A stretch of 64,000 bases of DNA from an uncultured Chitinophagaceae bacterium. Lineage in GTDB: Bacteria > Bacteroidota > Bacteroidia > Chitinophagales > Chitinophagaceae. The notes under the pieces are model-generated. The model worked only from the letters and a program-made list of their open reading frames with translations, did not search any database and was not told where the DNA came from. The position numbers and the translations under genes were made by a program. The stretch is taken from contig CAYUGH010000008.1 in the NCBI GenBank assembly GCA_964444195.1, forward strand, positions 939 through 64,938, given 5' to 3'. How positions within the stretch are numbered: position 1 is the stretch's first letter; each line of letters starts with the position of its first letter. Below, in pieces: positions 9,339 through 19,796 of this stretch.

Positions 9339-10445
9339 ATGCTGCGTTACCTGTTGTTTGCCATTACCATGGTGTTGAGTACAAATAATTTTGCACAAGC
9401 AACTCCACTGCCCTTACGCATAGGCATTGCCGGGCTGAGCCATAGCCATGTGCACGGGCTGCTTGGGCGTAAGGATAAGGGCGACATTGCCATTGTGGGT
9501 ATTGCCGAACCCAACCATGTCTTGGCAGAGCGCTATGCAAAACAGTACGGATTCAGCATGGAACTGGTGTACCATACCCTCGAAGCCATGATTGCTGCTG
9601 CAAAACCTGAAGCTGTGGCCGCTTTTGGCAGCATTTACGAACACCTGAAAGTAGTGGAAACCGCGGCGCCAAAAGGAATCCATATAATGGTGGAGAAACC
9701 TTTAGCCGTTAGCATGGAGCATGCCCGCAAAATGGAAGCGCTGGCCAACAAGCATCATATTCAATTGATCACCAACTATGAAACCACCTGGTACCCTACC
9801 ACCCATAGGGCTCATGAAATGCTTGCAGAAGGCTCCATTGGCGAATTGCGTAAACTGGTGGTGCGCGACGGCCACCGCGGCCCTAAGAAAATTGGGGTCA
9901 ACCCTGAATTTCTTGAATGGCTGACCGACCCCGTGCAAAATGGCGGCGGCGCCCTGACTGATTTTGGTTGCTATGGCGCAAACCTTTCAACCTGGCTATA
10001 CAAAGGCCAGCGGCCCATAAGTGTAACGTCGGTTACCCAACAATTGCAACCCGAAAACAACCCGAAAGTGGATGATGATGCTACCATCATCCTGAACTAC
10101 CCGCAGGGCAATACCATCATACAGGCATCCTGGAACTGGCCCATGGGACGCAAGGATGTGGAGCTTTACGGGCTAAAAGGCGCCATTTATGCAGATAATG
10201 GCAGGCAGTTACGGTTGCGCATGGCCGAAGGCTACGATGGGTTTACGGAAAACAGCTATAACCTCGATCCACTGAAAGGAAAATATGAAGACCCGTTCTC
10301 CTTTTTTGCCGGTGTCATCCGCAAGGAGATTGTCATGCAACCCTTTGAACTTTCTTCGCTTGAAAATAATATGCTGGTGGTGGAAATACTTGATGCATCA
10401 AGCCTGAGCGCCAAAACCGGCAAAACAGTAAACCTGGGAAAGTAA
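9339..10445 (+). CDS. Gfo/Idh/MocA-family oxidoreductase (secreted)
   Basis: Signal peptide MLRYLLFAITMVLSTNNFAQA. Rossmann motif IGIAGLSHSHVHGLL; EKP motif VEKPLA. The ORF track start at 9309 is probably an upstream extension. Confidence 0.7.
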   Translation: MLRYLLFAITMVLSTNNFAQATPLPLRIGIAGLSHSHVHGLLGRKDKGDIAIVGIAEPNHVLAERYAKQYGFSMELVYHTLEAMIAAAKPEAVAAFGSIYEHLKVVETAAPKGIHIMVEKPLAVSMEHARKMEALANKHHIQLITNYETTWYPTTHRAHEMLAEGSIGELRKLVVRDGHRGPKKIGVNPEFLEWLTDPVQNGGGALTDFGCYGANLSTWLYKGQRPISVTSVTQQLQPENNPKVDDDATIILNYPQGNTIIQASWNWPMGRKDVELYGLKGAIYADNGRQLRLRMAEGYDGFTENSYNLDPLKGKYEDPFSFFAGVIRKEIVMQPFELSSLENNMLVVEILDASSLSAKTGKTVNLGK

Positions 10446-10470
10446 TACCGTCACTTATTTGAATATCAAT

Positions 10471-10512
10471 AAAAAAAGCATACCAGGTGATCCTTCAACC
10501 ATCCGGTATGCT
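10471..10512 (-). terminator. Rho-independent terminator for mrp/apbC (hairpin plus T7 on the minus strand)
   Basis: AGCATACC(A)GG...CCGGTATGCT stem with a 15-nt loop. It is flanked by A7 on the plus strand, which is T7 on the minus strand. It lies between convergent genes. Confidence 0.55.
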
Positions 10513-10537
10513 TGCATTTCTATCCAATTCCTTCAAA

Positions 10538-11635
10538 TTATTCCACCATTTCAACCACCCGGGTTGGCGCCATCTGCGCGTTTCGCATAGCAATGCTTCT
10601 CACTGTTTTGGCGGCAAAATCAGCAAAAGCCTGCCTGCTGGCAATATCCTCGCTCACCATGGCCGGCACTCCCTGGTCGCCACCTTCGCGGATGCTTTGC
10701 ACCAATGGAATCTGACCCAAAAACGGCATATCGTATTCTTCGGCTAAATTTTTGCCGCCATTCTTTCCAAAAATATAATACTTATTGTCGGGCAATTCAG
10801 CCGGGGTGAACCAGCTCATATTTTCCACCAGGCCAATAATGGGCACTTTTATCTGGGCCTGGCCAAACATGGCAATTCCCTTTTTAGCATCGGCAAGCGC
10901 CACCGCCTGGGGGGTAGTTACCACCACAACACCGGTTACCGGCACGGTTTGCACCATCGTCAGGTGAATATCGCCTGTGCCCGGGGGCATATCAATCACC
11001 AGGTAATCCAGTTCGCCCCAATCCACATCTGTAATAAACTGACGGATAGCGCTGCTGGCCATCGGTCCGCGCCAAACCACCGCGCTTTTATCGTCCACCA
11101 GCAGCCCGATGCTCATCAGTTTTATGCCAAAACGCTCCAATGGAACAATCAACCCTTTGCCTTTTCCATCATCTTTCATCAGAGGCCGCTGACCACGCAC
11201 CCCGAACATAATGGGCACGCTGGGCCCGTAAATATCGGCATCCATCAGCCCTACAGAGGCGCCACCTTCTGCCAGCGCAAGCGCCAGGTTTGCAGAAACA
11301 GTGCTTTTCCCTACGCCTCCCTTGCCGCTAACCACCGCAATAATGTTCTTTACGCCCGGCAATACATTCTCCCCGGCTTTGCGGCCTGTGGTGGTATTGG
11401 CGGTAAAATGCACATGTACATCAGCCTGTTTGTTCACCAAAAGCGTGATGGCGTTCACACAGGCACGTTGCATCATATCCTTCATGGGGCAGGCGGGTGT
11501 GGTGAGTACCACGGTAAAATCCACCCTTTCTCCGTCAATCTTAATATCCTTCACCATGTTTAAAGTAACCAAATCCTTCCCGAGATCGGGCTCCTGTACA
11601 TTACTCAATGCCTTCAATATATCCTGTTCGGTCAT
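10538..11635 (-). CDS. apbC: Mrp/NBP35-family Fe-S cluster carrier ATPase
   Basis: N-terminal DUF59-like domain. Deviant Walker A VVSGKGGVGKST. ParA/MinD fold. Conserved CxxC. Confidence 0.85.
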   Translation of the reverse strand: MTEQDILKALSNVQEPDLGKDLVTLNMVKDIKIDGERVDFTVVLTTPACPMKDMMQRACVNAITLLVNKQADVHVHFTANTTTGRKAGENVLPGVKNIIAVVSGKGGVGKSTVSANLALALAEGGASVGLMDADIYGPSVPIMFGVRGQRPLMKDDGKGKGLIVPLERFGIKLMSIGLLVDDKSAVVWRGPMASSAIRQFITDVDWGELDYLVIDMPPGTGDIHLTMVQTVPVTGVVVVTTPQAVALADAKKGIAMFGQAQIKVPIIGLVENMSWFTPAELPDNKYYIFGKNGGKNLAEEYDMPFLGQIPLVQSIREGGDQGVPAMVSEDIASRQAFADFAAKTVRSIAMRNAQMAPTRVVEMVE

Positions 11636-11744
11636 GCTAAAAGTTTTTGTTAAACCAACATTTAAATGGCAAAATTAACCTTTGAAAGCCTTTCTTTGTT
11701 GTTTCATCAAGTTACCAAATGAGGTATTTTTGGGTTTTCAATAT

Positions 11745-12386
11745 TTGTTCATGAAGTATTTGTACACGCTTGTCCTGTTTTCTTTTTTCCACTTTGGCGC
11801 AAAAGCCCAGGGTGAGGAAAACTATAAGGATTCTGTCGTACAGCTTTATGGCATTGTGATGACGGCTGATAGCCTGGTAGGACTTGAAGGAGTAAGTATT
11901 GTGGTAAAGGGTAAGGGGCGCGGTACTATCACCAACAGCCAGGGGGTTTTCAGCATTGCCGTTTTAAAGGGAGATGAAATTGAGTTCTCCTATATCGGTT
12001 ACGAATCAAGCAAGGCCGTTGTTCCCAGGAGCCTCAAAGGAAATGAGTTTGAAGTGATTAAGCTTATGGTGACGGATTTCAATTACCTGCCTGCTACCAT
12101 TATCCGCGCCAGGCCAAGCCGTCCGCAGTTTGAACGCGATTTTGTGAATATGGTGGTTCCGGCCGATGAATATGAGCTTGCGCGCCAAAACCTGGAAGAG
12201 GGTAAAAGAATGGCGCTTATGCGCACCCTGCCATCCGATGGCCGCGAAGCCGTAAACTACAGCCTCCGCAACCAGGCCAACAAAGCCACATATTCAGGTC
12301 AAATTCCGCCAATGAATATCCTGAACCCCTTCGCGTGGCAGCAATTCATTCAGTCGTGGAAAAGGGGGGATTTTAAGAAGAAGTGA
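11745..12386 (+). CDS. Carboxypeptidase-regulatory-like domain protein (secreted)
   Basis: Signal peptide MKYLYTLVLFSFFHFGAKAQ. CarbopepD_reg-like segment GIVMTADSLVGLEGVSIVVKGKGRGTITNSQGVFSI. The ORF track start at 11682 is probably an extension. Confidence 0.55.
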   Translation: MFMKYLYTLVLFSFFHFGAKAQGEENYKDSVVQLYGIVMTADSLVGLEGVSIVVKGKGRGTITNSQGVFSIAVLKGDEIEFSYIGYESSKAVVPRSLKGNEFEVIKLMVTDFNYLPATIIRARPSRPQFERDFVNMVVPADEYELARQNLEEGKRMALMRTLPSDGREAVNYSLRNQANKATYSGQIPPMNILNPFAWQQFIQSWKRGDFKKK

Positions 12387-12394
12387 TCTTTTTA

Positions 12395-12456
12395 GTTGAT
12401 AAGTTGACGAGTTAACTGGTTAACTCGTCAACCAGTTAACTCGTCAGCTTATCAAC
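12395..12456. promoter_or_regulatory. Large imperfect palindrome: 25-bp arms separated by 12 nt, with a third complementary segment in the spacer
   Basis: GTTGATAAGTTGACGAGTTAACTGG ... TTAACTCGTCAA ... CCAGTTAACTCGTCAGCTTATCAAC. It begins 9 bp after the stop of the upstream gene and 47 bp before the hbd-like gene. The T-run after it is weak (CTTTT). Confidence 0.5.
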
Positions 12457-12502
12457 CTATCAACTTTTCCCGACCTTTGATATTTCTAACTACTACGATC
12501 AT

Positions 12503-13396
12503 ATGCATGCTATTAAAAACGTTTCCGTTATAGGGGCGGGCACCATGGGAAATGGTATCGCCCATGTATTTGCCCAACATGGTTTTACTGTAAACCTGGT
12601 TGATGTAAGCGAAAAACAACTGGCCAAAGCCATTGAAACCATTGGCAAAAACCTCGACCGGCAGATTTCCAAAGGCTCGCTGGATGCTGCTGCCAAAGAG
12701 GCCACGCTGCATAACCTTACCACCTTTACAAGCATTGCAGCCGGCATTGGCAACGCACAGCTTGTAGTGGAAGCTGCCACCGAAAATGTGGAGCTGAAAC
12801 TGAAAATCTTTACCGAACTTGGGGAAGTAGCCCCTGAAGGCTGTATCCTGGCAACCAATACCTCCTCCATTTCGATTACTAAAATTGCTGCTGTAACAGG
12901 CCGCGCCAATCAGGTGATTGGCATGCATTTCATGAACCCGGTTCCGGTGATGAAACTGGTGGAAATCATAAATGGATATGCCACTTCCCATGAGGTTACT
13001 GAAGCCATAGTGGCTTTAAGCAAGCAACTTGGTAAAGTGCCCTGCGTGGTGAATGATTACCCCGGGTTTGTTGCCAACCGCATCCTGATGCCCATGATCA
13101 ATGAAGCTATTTATGCTTTGTACGAAGGCGTGGCCGGGGTGGAAGAAATTGATACGGTGATGAAACTTGGTATGGCCCATCCGATGGGGCCGCTCCAACT
13201 GGCTGATTTTATCGGGTTGGATGTATGCCTGAGCATTTTAAGGGTTTTGCACGATGGTTTTGGCAACCCAAAATACGCGCCCTGTCCGCTGCTGGTGAAT
13301 ATGGTTACCGCGGGTAAACTTGGAGTAAAAAGCGGTGAAGGTTTTTACAAACATACGCCCGGAAGCAAAGACCTGGTAGTAGCCTATCAGCGGTAG
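12503..13396 (+). CDS. hbd: 3-hydroxybutyryl-CoA / 3-hydroxyacyl-CoA dehydrogenase
   Basis: NAD-binding VSVIGAGTMGNGIAHV. HCDH family length and C-terminal domain. Confidence 0.8.
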   Translation: MHAIKNVSVIGAGTMGNGIAHVFAQHGFTVNLVDVSEKQLAKAIETIGKNLDRQISKGSLDAAAKEATLHNLTTFTSIAAGIGNAQLVVEAATENVELKLKIFTELGEVAPEGCILATNTSSISITKIAAVTGRANQVIGMHFMNPVPVMKLVEIINGYATSHEVTEAIVALSKQLGKVPCVVNDYPGFVANRILMPMINEAIYALYEGVAGVEEIDTVMKLGMAHPMGPLQLADFIGLDVCLSILRVLHDGFGNPKYAPCPLLVNMVTAGKLGVKSGEGFYKHTPGSKDLVVAYQR

Positions 13397-13400
13397 CAAT

Positions 13401-13653
13401 GGTCGGCAGAGCCGACAAGAAAAGCAGGTTTCGTTATTCGAAACGTGACGTTTCGAATTCTTATTAAGTCGGTTTTACCGACTATTCTTCGGCAGAGCCG
13501 AAATAATAAGATTCCGAAACTACAAGTTTCGGAAAGCCACACGTGTTATTCGAAGCGTCCCGCTTCGAATTCTTATTTCGTCGGTTTTACCGACTATCGG
13601 ACCGTGGGCAGAGCCGACCTAATGAGATTCTGAAACTACAAGTTTCGGAAAGC
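13401..13653. repeat. Tandem duplication of a ~112-bp multi-hairpin element (REP/MITE-like), plus a leading GGTCGGCAGAGCCGAC palindrome
   Basis: Unit 1 is ~13433-13537 and unit 2 is ~13545-13653, at roughly 85% identity. Each unit has three stems: CGAAACG..CGTTTCG, GTCGGTTTTACCGAC and CCGAAACTACAAGTTTCGG. GGCAGAGCCGA occurs three times. Confidence 0.7.
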
Positions 13654-13659
13654 TCTGCC

Positions 13660-13697
13660 AAACAAAAACCCCTGCCGTTTTTTACAAACAACAGGGG
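13660..13697 (-). terminator. Rho-independent terminator for clpB
   Basis: CCCCTG...CAGGGG stem. On the minus strand it is followed by TTTTTGTTT, and it lies directly downstream of the clpB stop. Confidence 0.6.
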
Positions 13698-13722
13698 TTT
13701 AAATAAAATTAATCATACATAT

Positions 13723-16320
13723 TTAATTCGCCGAAGGCTCTTCTTCACCCCCAACTACATCCACACCGGCTACTTCTTCGGAATGTGCAATGGTAAAAGT
13801 CACCTTTCCGTTTTCCTTATCCAGCAGGGCGGTTAAAACATCGCCGTTCTTAATGTTCATCCCGAGGATTTCCTCCGCCAGCGGGTCTTCGAGGTATTTC
13901 TGAATAGCCCTGTGCAATGGCCTTGCGCCAAACTGGCTGTCGTATCCTTTATCGGCAAGAAACTCTTTCACTTCTTCGGTCAATTCAAGGCTGAAGCCGA
14001 GGTTATTCAGGCGCTTCATTACACCTTTCATGAGGATATCAATGATGCTGAAAATATGTTCCCTGCTAAGACTGTTGAACACAATTACATCGTCGATCCT
14101 GTTCAGGAATTCGGGGCTGAACGTACGCTTCAGCGCCTTTTCAATCACCGCTTTATTATTCTCATCGGCATGCTGCATCCGGCTTGCGGTGGCAAAACCC
14201 ACGCCATCACCAAAATCTTTCAACTGGCGCGCGCCGATGTTTGAGGTCATAATGATGAGTGTGTTCTTGAAATCAATTTTTCTGCCCAAACCATCCGTCA
14301 ACTGTCCATCGTCAAGTACCTGCAGCAGGATGTTGTAAATATCGGGGTGGGCTTTTTCAATTTCATCGAGCAGGATAACCGAGTACGGTTTACGGCGAAC
14401 CTTTTCGGTAAGCTGGCCACCTTCTTCATATCCCACATAGCCCGGAGGCGCTCCAATCAGGCGGCTTACGGTAAATTTTTCCATGTATTCGCTCATATCA
14501 ATGCGAATGAGCGAATCCTCGCTGTCGAACATGTAACGGGCAAGCGAACGCGCCAATTCCGTTTTACCTACCCCGGTAGGTCCTAGGAAAATAAAGGTGC
14601 CGATTGGTTTTTTGGGATCTTTCAACCCTACCCGGTTCCGCTGAATGGATTTCACAACCTTCGTTATGGCTTCCTGCTGCCCTACCACCATGCCCTGCAT
14701 ATCGTCGGCCATGCGGCGGAGTTTTTCTGTTTCCGCCTGCACCATCCGCTTTACCGGTATGCCGGTCATCATGCTCACTACTTCGGCAATATGCTCTTCG
14801 TCAATAGGGTAACGCTTGTGCTTGCTTTCTTCTTCCCATCCACGTTTGGCACTGTCCAGCTCTTCCCCAAGACGCTTTTCAGTATCCCGCAAAGCCGCTG
14901 CCTCTTCAAAACGCTGGCTTTTCACCACTTTATTCTTTTCGGACTTGATGGCTTCTATTTTCTTCTCCAGTTCCAGTATGTTTTCAGGAACATTGATATT
15001 TTTCAAATGCACCCTTGCGCCTACTTCATCCAGCACATCAATAGCCTTATCAGGAAGCAGCCTGTCAGTCATGTAACGATCGCTCAGTTTCACACAGGCA
15101 TCAATAGCCTCCTGCGAATAGGATACATGGTGGTAATCTTCGTATTTGCTCTTTATGTTATTTAAAATCTGGATGGTTTCGTCAACCGATGGCTGTTCCA
15201 CCATCACTTTCTGGAAACGACGGTCGAGCGCGCCATCTTTCTCAATATACATCCTGTATTCATCAAGCGTGCTGGCGCCAATGCACTGGAGTTCTCCTCG
15301 GGCAAGAGCCGGCTTGAATATATTGGATGCATCCAGCGATCCACTGGCCCCGCCGGCGCCAACTATGGTATGAATTTCATCAATGAATAAGATAACATCG
15401 CGGTTCTTTTCAAGCTCGTTCATGATGGCTTTCATGCGCTCTTCAAATTGACCGCGGTATTTGGTACCGGCCACCAGTGCGGCAAGGTCAAGGCTTATTA
15501 CCCGCTTGTCAAACAATACCCGGCTTACTTTGCGCTGCACAATCCTTAATGCCAGGCCTTCTACAATGGCGGTTTTACCCACCCCGGGTTCACCAATCAA
15601 AATGGGGTTATTCTTTTTACGGCGCGATAATATTTGCGAAACGCGTTCAATTTCCTGTTCGCGGCCAACAATCGGGTCGAGTGTTCCGGCTTCGGCCAGT
15701 TTGGTTATATCGCGGCCAAAGTTGTCGAGTACCGGGGTTTTGCTCTTTTGCGCACCCTGCTGCCCACGCTGCCCGCTTGTTTTTTGTCCGCCGCCGTAAT
15801 TACCCCTGCCACTGCTGCGTTCGTCTTCAAAATCGTCATCGTTATCATCGGTGTAGCTTGCCTGCTGATCCTTGATTTCGCTGCTGCGAACCATCCCGAG
15901 TTCATTGCGAAATGAGTCATAATCTACATCATACTGAAGTAAAATTTGCGTGGCGAGATTTTCCCTGTTTTTCAAAATGCTTAACATTAAATGTTCACTT
16001 TCTACCAAAGGGCTTTTAAGCGCTTTAGCCTCCAAAACGGTTACCCTGATTACCTTTTCAGCTTGCTTGGTTAGCGGCAGGCTATTGATATTGGCAATGT
16101 TCTTACCGGTTTTATCGCGAACGGCAAGCTCCACTTCCTTGCGTAAATCATACAGGTCAACATTGAAGTGCTTGAGGATGCGAATGGCGGTATTTTCGCC
16201 ATCCCTGATCAGGCCAAGCAACAAATGTTCGGTCCCGATAAAATCGTTCCCCAACCTAAGGGCCTCCTCGCGGCTGTAGGAAATGATTTCTTTTACCTGT
16301 GCTGAAAAATTATTATCCAT
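13723..16320 (-). CDS. clpB: ATP-dependent chaperone ClpB
   Basis: 865 aa. N-domain repeats, two AAA+ modules ([15 protein letters not shown]; [15 protein letters not shown]) and a middle coiled-coil domain. Confidence 0.95.
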   Translation of the reverse strand: MDNNFSAQVKEIISYSREEALRLGNDFIGTEHLLLGLIRDGENTAIRILKHFNVDLYDLRKEVELAVRDKTGKNIANINSLPLTKQAEKVIRVTVLEAKALKSPLVESEHLMLSILKNRENLATQILLQYDVDYDSFRNELGMVRSSEIKDQQASYTDDNDDDFEDERSSGRGNYGGGQKTSGQRGQQGAQKSKTPVLDNFGRDITKLAEAGTLDPIVGREQEIERVSQILSRRKKNNPILIGEPGVGKTAIVEGLALRIVQRKVSRVLFDKRVISLDLAALVAGTKYRGQFEERMKAIMNELEKNRDVILFIDEIHTIVGAGGASGSLDASNIFKPALARGELQCIGASTLDEYRMYIEKDGALDRRFQKVMVEQPSVDETIQILNNIKSKYEDYHHVSYSQEAIDACVKLSDRYMTDRLLPDKAIDVLDEVGARVHLKNINVPENILELEKKIEAIKSEKNKVVKSQRFEEAAALRDTEKRLGEELDSAKRGWEEESKHKRYPIDEEHIAEVVSMMTGIPVKRMVQAETEKLRRMADDMQGMVVGQQEAITKVVKSIQRNRVGLKDPKKPIGTFIFLGPTGVGKTELARSLARYMFDSEDSLIRIDMSEYMEKFTVSRLIGAPPGYVGYEEGGQLTEKVRRKPYSVILLDEIEKAHPDIYNILLQVLDDGQLTDGLGRKIDFKNTLIIMTSNIGARQLKDFGDGVGFATASRMQHADENNKAVIEKALKRTFSPEFLNRIDDVIVFNSLSREHIFSIIDILMKGVMKRLNNLGFSLELTEEVKEFLADKGYDSQFGARPLHRAIQKYLEDPLAEEILGMNIKNGDVLTALLDKENGKVTFTIAHSEEVAGVDVVGGEEEPSAN

Positions 16321-16514
16321 AGGGTAATATTAAGTCGTCTGTACAATATTAGAGATTAATTTCCGACTAACCATAGCTTACGTAATACACAAACTGTGAA
16401 TAGCTTTCAAAAAATGTCTGCCGAAATATTAGTAATCTCGTTGCATAGAATCGTATCCTGCATTCTTTGCATAAAGTTATGCATAAATGCAAAATGAAGT
16501 TTCAACGCTGAATT

Positions 16515-16892
16515 ATGGAGTTCAAAATCAATACCAAAGAAAAATTCAAGGAAATACACCTGGATAGCCCGGATCTTACTGCTAATATGACAGGTGAGTT
16601 GGTTGAAATGTTGAATAATGGCATAAAAACCGAGCCGCGCAATGTTATACTTAGCCTGAAAGAATGTAAAACGATGGATAATGTGTTTGGCGAAGCGCTT
16701 ACCGGGCTGCAAAGCAGGTATTATGAGGAAGGCGTAAGTTTTGTTGTATGTGAAATAAACCCGGCGCTTGAAGAATCGCTGGATGAAGCCGGCATTCTTG
16801 AAACCATGAATACAGCCCCTACCCTAAGCGAGGCGTGGGATATTGTACAGATGGAAGAAATTGAACGCGAGCTGTTAAGTGATTGGGAATAA
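16515..16892 (+). CDS. STAS-domain protein (anti-sigma-factor-antagonist-like; no conserved phospho-Ser)
   Basis: 125 aa with a SpoIIAA-like pattern. It has MDNVFGEAL where the DSSG motif would be. Confidence 0.45.
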   Translation: MEFKINTKEKFKEIHLDSPDLTANMTGELVEMLNNGIKTEPRNVILSLKECKTMDNVFGEALTGLQSRYYEEGVSFVVCEINPALEESLDEAGILETMNTAPTLSEAWDIVQMEEIERELLSDWE

Positions 16893-16970
16893 GGGTATTA
16901 AGGGCTATATGAAGCAGCAACAAAGGATACATCTTTGTCCTTGAACTGGTAAACCTCTAAAGCATACAAT

Positions 16971-17873
16971 TTGTTCGGCCTTACTATTTTAGGTAATAAT
17001 TCTGCTGTTCCTGCATTCGACAGGCACCCGACTTCGCAGGCGCTTACATACGAAGACCAGGTTTTCCTGATAGATTGCGGGGAAGGAACCCAGATTCAAC
17101 TGGCGCGCTACAAGGTCAGGCGGAGTAAAATAAATCACATTTTCATCAGCCATTTGCATGGCGACCATTATTTTGGTCTCATAGGCCTGCTTACCTCCAT
17201 GGGGCTTATGGGGCGAGATCATGAACTCCATTTATACGGCCCGCCTGTATTGGAAGATATCATCAACCTGCAACTGGCTGCAGCAGGCACGAAACTGAAA
17301 TTCCCCTTTCATTTTGTACCCATAACCAAAGCCGGAATATTATTTGAGGGTACCAAAATACAGGTTAGCTGCTTTCCCGTTTTGCACCGCATCGCTTGTT
17401 TTGGTTTTATTTTCAAGGAAAAAAAATTACCCAGGAAATTGATTCCTGCAAAAGCATTTCAGGCAGGTATTCCTCCCACTTTTTTTCATAACCTGCAATT
17501 GGGGCTCGATTTTGAAGCGGCTGACGGTACAGTAATAAAGAATAGCGAAGTAACCATAACCAATACTCCGGGCAGGGTTTATGCTTATTCGGCAGATACC
17601 ATTTATGATGAAGGGATTTGCGAACATATTGGAGGAGCTTCATTATTGTACCATGAAGCCACATACCTGCACGAAATGGAAGCCCGTGCTGCGGAGCGGT
17701 TTCATGCTACCGCCCGGCAGGCAGCTCAAATAGCTGAAAAAGCATGCGTAAAGAAACTGATTATCGGCCATTTCAGCAGCCAATACGATAACCTTCAGCC
17801 TTTTTTACGGGAAGTTTCCCAACATTTCGAAAATTCGGAACTTGCACTCGAGGGGGTGACTTACTTAATTTGA
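16971..17873 (+). CDS. rnz: Ribonuclease Z
   Basis: Metallo-beta-lactamase HxHxDH motif ISHLHGDHYFGL. RNase Z family length. Probable TTG start, because there is no in-frame ATG after the upstream stop. Confidence 0.8.
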   Translation: MFGLTILGNNSAVPAFDRHPTSQALTYEDQVFLIDCGEGTQIQLARYKVRRSKINHIFISHLHGDHYFGLIGLLTSMGLMGRDHELHLYGPPVLEDIINLQLAAAGTKLKFPFHFVPITKAGILFEGTKIQVSCFPVLHRIACFGFIFKEKKLPRKLIPAKAFQAGIPPTFFHNLQLGLDFEAADGTVIKNSEVTITNTPGRVYAYSADTIYDEGICEHIGGASLLYHEATYLHEMEARAAERFHATARQAAQIAEKACVKKLIIGHFSSQYDNLQPFLREVSQHFENSELALEGVTYLI

Positions 17874-17888
17874 TTCCCCCTCCCCTGT

Positions 17889-18761
17889 TTAGACTTGTAC
17901 AAAAGCGCTTACCTTTTCCATCCACTGTGCGCTAAGCGGAACCAATGGCAACCGAAGATTATTCTCAATCAACCCTAATTCAGCCAAAAAGGCTTTCACT
18001 CCAGCCGGATTGTTTTCGGCAAAAAGCAGGTCGAATCCCTCAAGCAGCTTGTGCTGAAATTGATTGGCTTTGGTAAAATCTCCTTCAAGCGCATGATGCA
18101 CCAGGCGGCAAAAGTCGGAGGGAAAGCTGTTTGCTGCCACGCTAATAACTCCATCAAACCCGCAGGCAATCAGCGGAAGGGTAATATGGTCATCGCCGCT
18201 GATCAGTAAAAAGCCTTCGGGCCTATTCCTGCAAAGCTGAAGGCATTGCACCATATTGCCACTGGCTTCTTTGGTGCCAATAATGTTTTTAAAATCTTTG
18301 GCAAGCCTTAAAGTGGTGGCAGCGGTAATATTGCTTGAAGTGCGGCCCGGCACGTTATATAAAATAATGTCCTTATCTGTAGCGCTTGCAATGGCAGCGT
18401 AATGCTGGTAAATACCCTCCTGCGAAGGTTTATTATAATACGGGCTCACACTTAAAATGGCTGCCGCTTTTTCAAGTGGCCAGGCTTTAAGGCACTCAAT
18501 CACTTCGGCAGTATCATTGCCGCCAATTCCTACTACTACAGGTACCCTTCCACCCACCTTATTATAAGTGCGTTCAAGCACTTCCAATTTTTCTGCTTTG
18601 GAAAGGGTTGCCGCTTCCCCGGTAGTACCAAGGGTTACCAGATAGTTCACCCTGCCATTAATTACATAATCAATAAGGCGGTCAAGCGCCTCATAATCAA
18701 CCGAAAAATCGGATTTAAATGGAGTGACTATTGCAACCCCAACTCCCGATAATTTTGCCAT
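17889..18761 (-). CDS. dapA: 4-hydroxy-tetrahydrodipicolinate synthase
   Basis: GTTGEAATLS motif. Lys-containing active-site region. 290 aa. Confidence 0.85.
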   Translation of the reverse strand: MAKLSGVGVAIVTPFKSDFSVDYEALDRLIDYVINGRVNYLVTLGTTGEAATLSKAEKLEVLERTYNKVGGRVPVVVGIGGNDTAEVIECLKAWPLEKAAAILSVSPYYNKPSQEGIYQHYAAIASATDKDIILYNVPGRTSSNITAATTLRLAKDFKNIIGTKEASGNMVQCLQLCRNRPEGFLLISGDDHITLPLIACGFDGVISVAANSFPSDFCRLVHHALEGDFTKANQFQHKLLEGFDLLFAENNPAGVKAFLAELGLIENNLRLPLVPLSAQWMEKVSAFVQV

Positions 18762-18812
18762 TCTCTGCTAACTTTTTTGTAAATAAATAACCTCTAAAAA
18801 GGTCTTGAATTT

Positions 18813-19796
18813 TTAATTTTCGGGTATCTCGTCGTAGAAACCCATGTTACCAAACTTTATAATGCGTTGCCGGATACGTTCTTCCGGCGCTACCTGTTTA
18901 AGTTCTTCGATTATAGGGATAAGGGTAGATTTAAGTAATTGAGCAGCCTCATCATAATCCCAATGCGCACCACCAAGTGGTTCAGGCACTACGCCGTCCA
19001 CAAGCCCAAATTCCAGCATATGGTCGCTGGTAAGTTTAAGTTGTTCCGCTGCCACTTCTTTTTTATCCCAGCTACGCCAAAGGATGGAACTGCAACTTTC
19101 GGGGCTGATCACCGTGTACCAGGTATTTTCGAGCATCAAAACCCGGTCACCAACGCCAATACCCATGGCCCCACCGCTTGCGCCTTCACCAATAACCACG
19201 CAAATGGTAGGCACCCTTAACCGGATCATCTCATAAATGTTCCGTGCAATGGCTTCCCCCTGCCCGCGTTCCTCGGCTTCAATTCCGGGAAAAGCCCCGG
19301 GTGTATCGAGCAATGTAATAACGGGAATATTAAATTTTTCGGCCAAACGCATCAGCCTCAATGCTTTCCGGTAGCCTTCGGGGTTCGCCATACCAAAATT
19401 CCGCTCCTGCCTCATTTTGGTATTCATGCCTTTTTGCTGCCCGATGATCATAACCGTATGATCGTCGAGTTTGGCCAAGCCGCCCACCATAGCTTTATCA
19501 TCGCGTACATTCCTGTCGCCATGAAGCTCTACGAAATCGGTGCACATTTTATGGATATACCTGAGCGTATAAGGGCGGTCGGGATGGCGGCTGAGCTGCA
19601 CTTTTTGCCAACTGGTCAGGTGCTCTTTAATATCCCGGCGCTTTTCAATAATGTTGTCTTCAAGCTGCGATATAATGGAATTATAATCAACCTTGGTATT
19701 CTTTTCAGCAGACTTTTTGGCTACTTCTATCTGTTCGTATAATTCCTTTATAGGTGTTTCAAAATCCAGAAACTGCCTGTTTGGATAGGATGGCAT
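18813..19796 (-). CDS. accA: Acetyl-CoA carboxylase carboxyltransferase alpha subunit
   Basis: 327 aa with the AccA signature GGARMGEAIA-like region ([19 protein letters not shown]...[13 protein letters not shown]). Confidence 0.9.
   Translation of the reverse strand: MPSYPNRQFLDFETPIKELYEQIEVAKKSAEKNTKVDYNSIISQLEDNIIEKRRDIKEHLTSWQKVQLSRHPDRPYTLRYIHKMCTDFVELHGDRNVRDDKAMVGGLAKLDDHTVMIIGQQKGMNTKMRQERNFGMANPEGYRKALRLMRLAEKFNIPVITLLDTPGAFPGIEAEERGQGEAIARNIYEMIRLRVPTICVVIGEGASGGAMGIGVGDRVLMLENTWYTVISPESCSSILWRSWDKKEVAAEQLKLTSDHMLEFGLVDGVVPEPLGGAHWDYDEAAQLLKSTLIPIIEELKQVAPEERIRQRIIKFGNMGFYDEIPEN

Noticed and set aside
13912-16279. Numerous plus-strand ORFs of 60-130 aa listed inside the clpB locus
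   Set aside because: They are antisense to a high-confidence, motif-rich 865-aa ClpB reading frame. They show low-complexity translations and are typical shadow ORFs.
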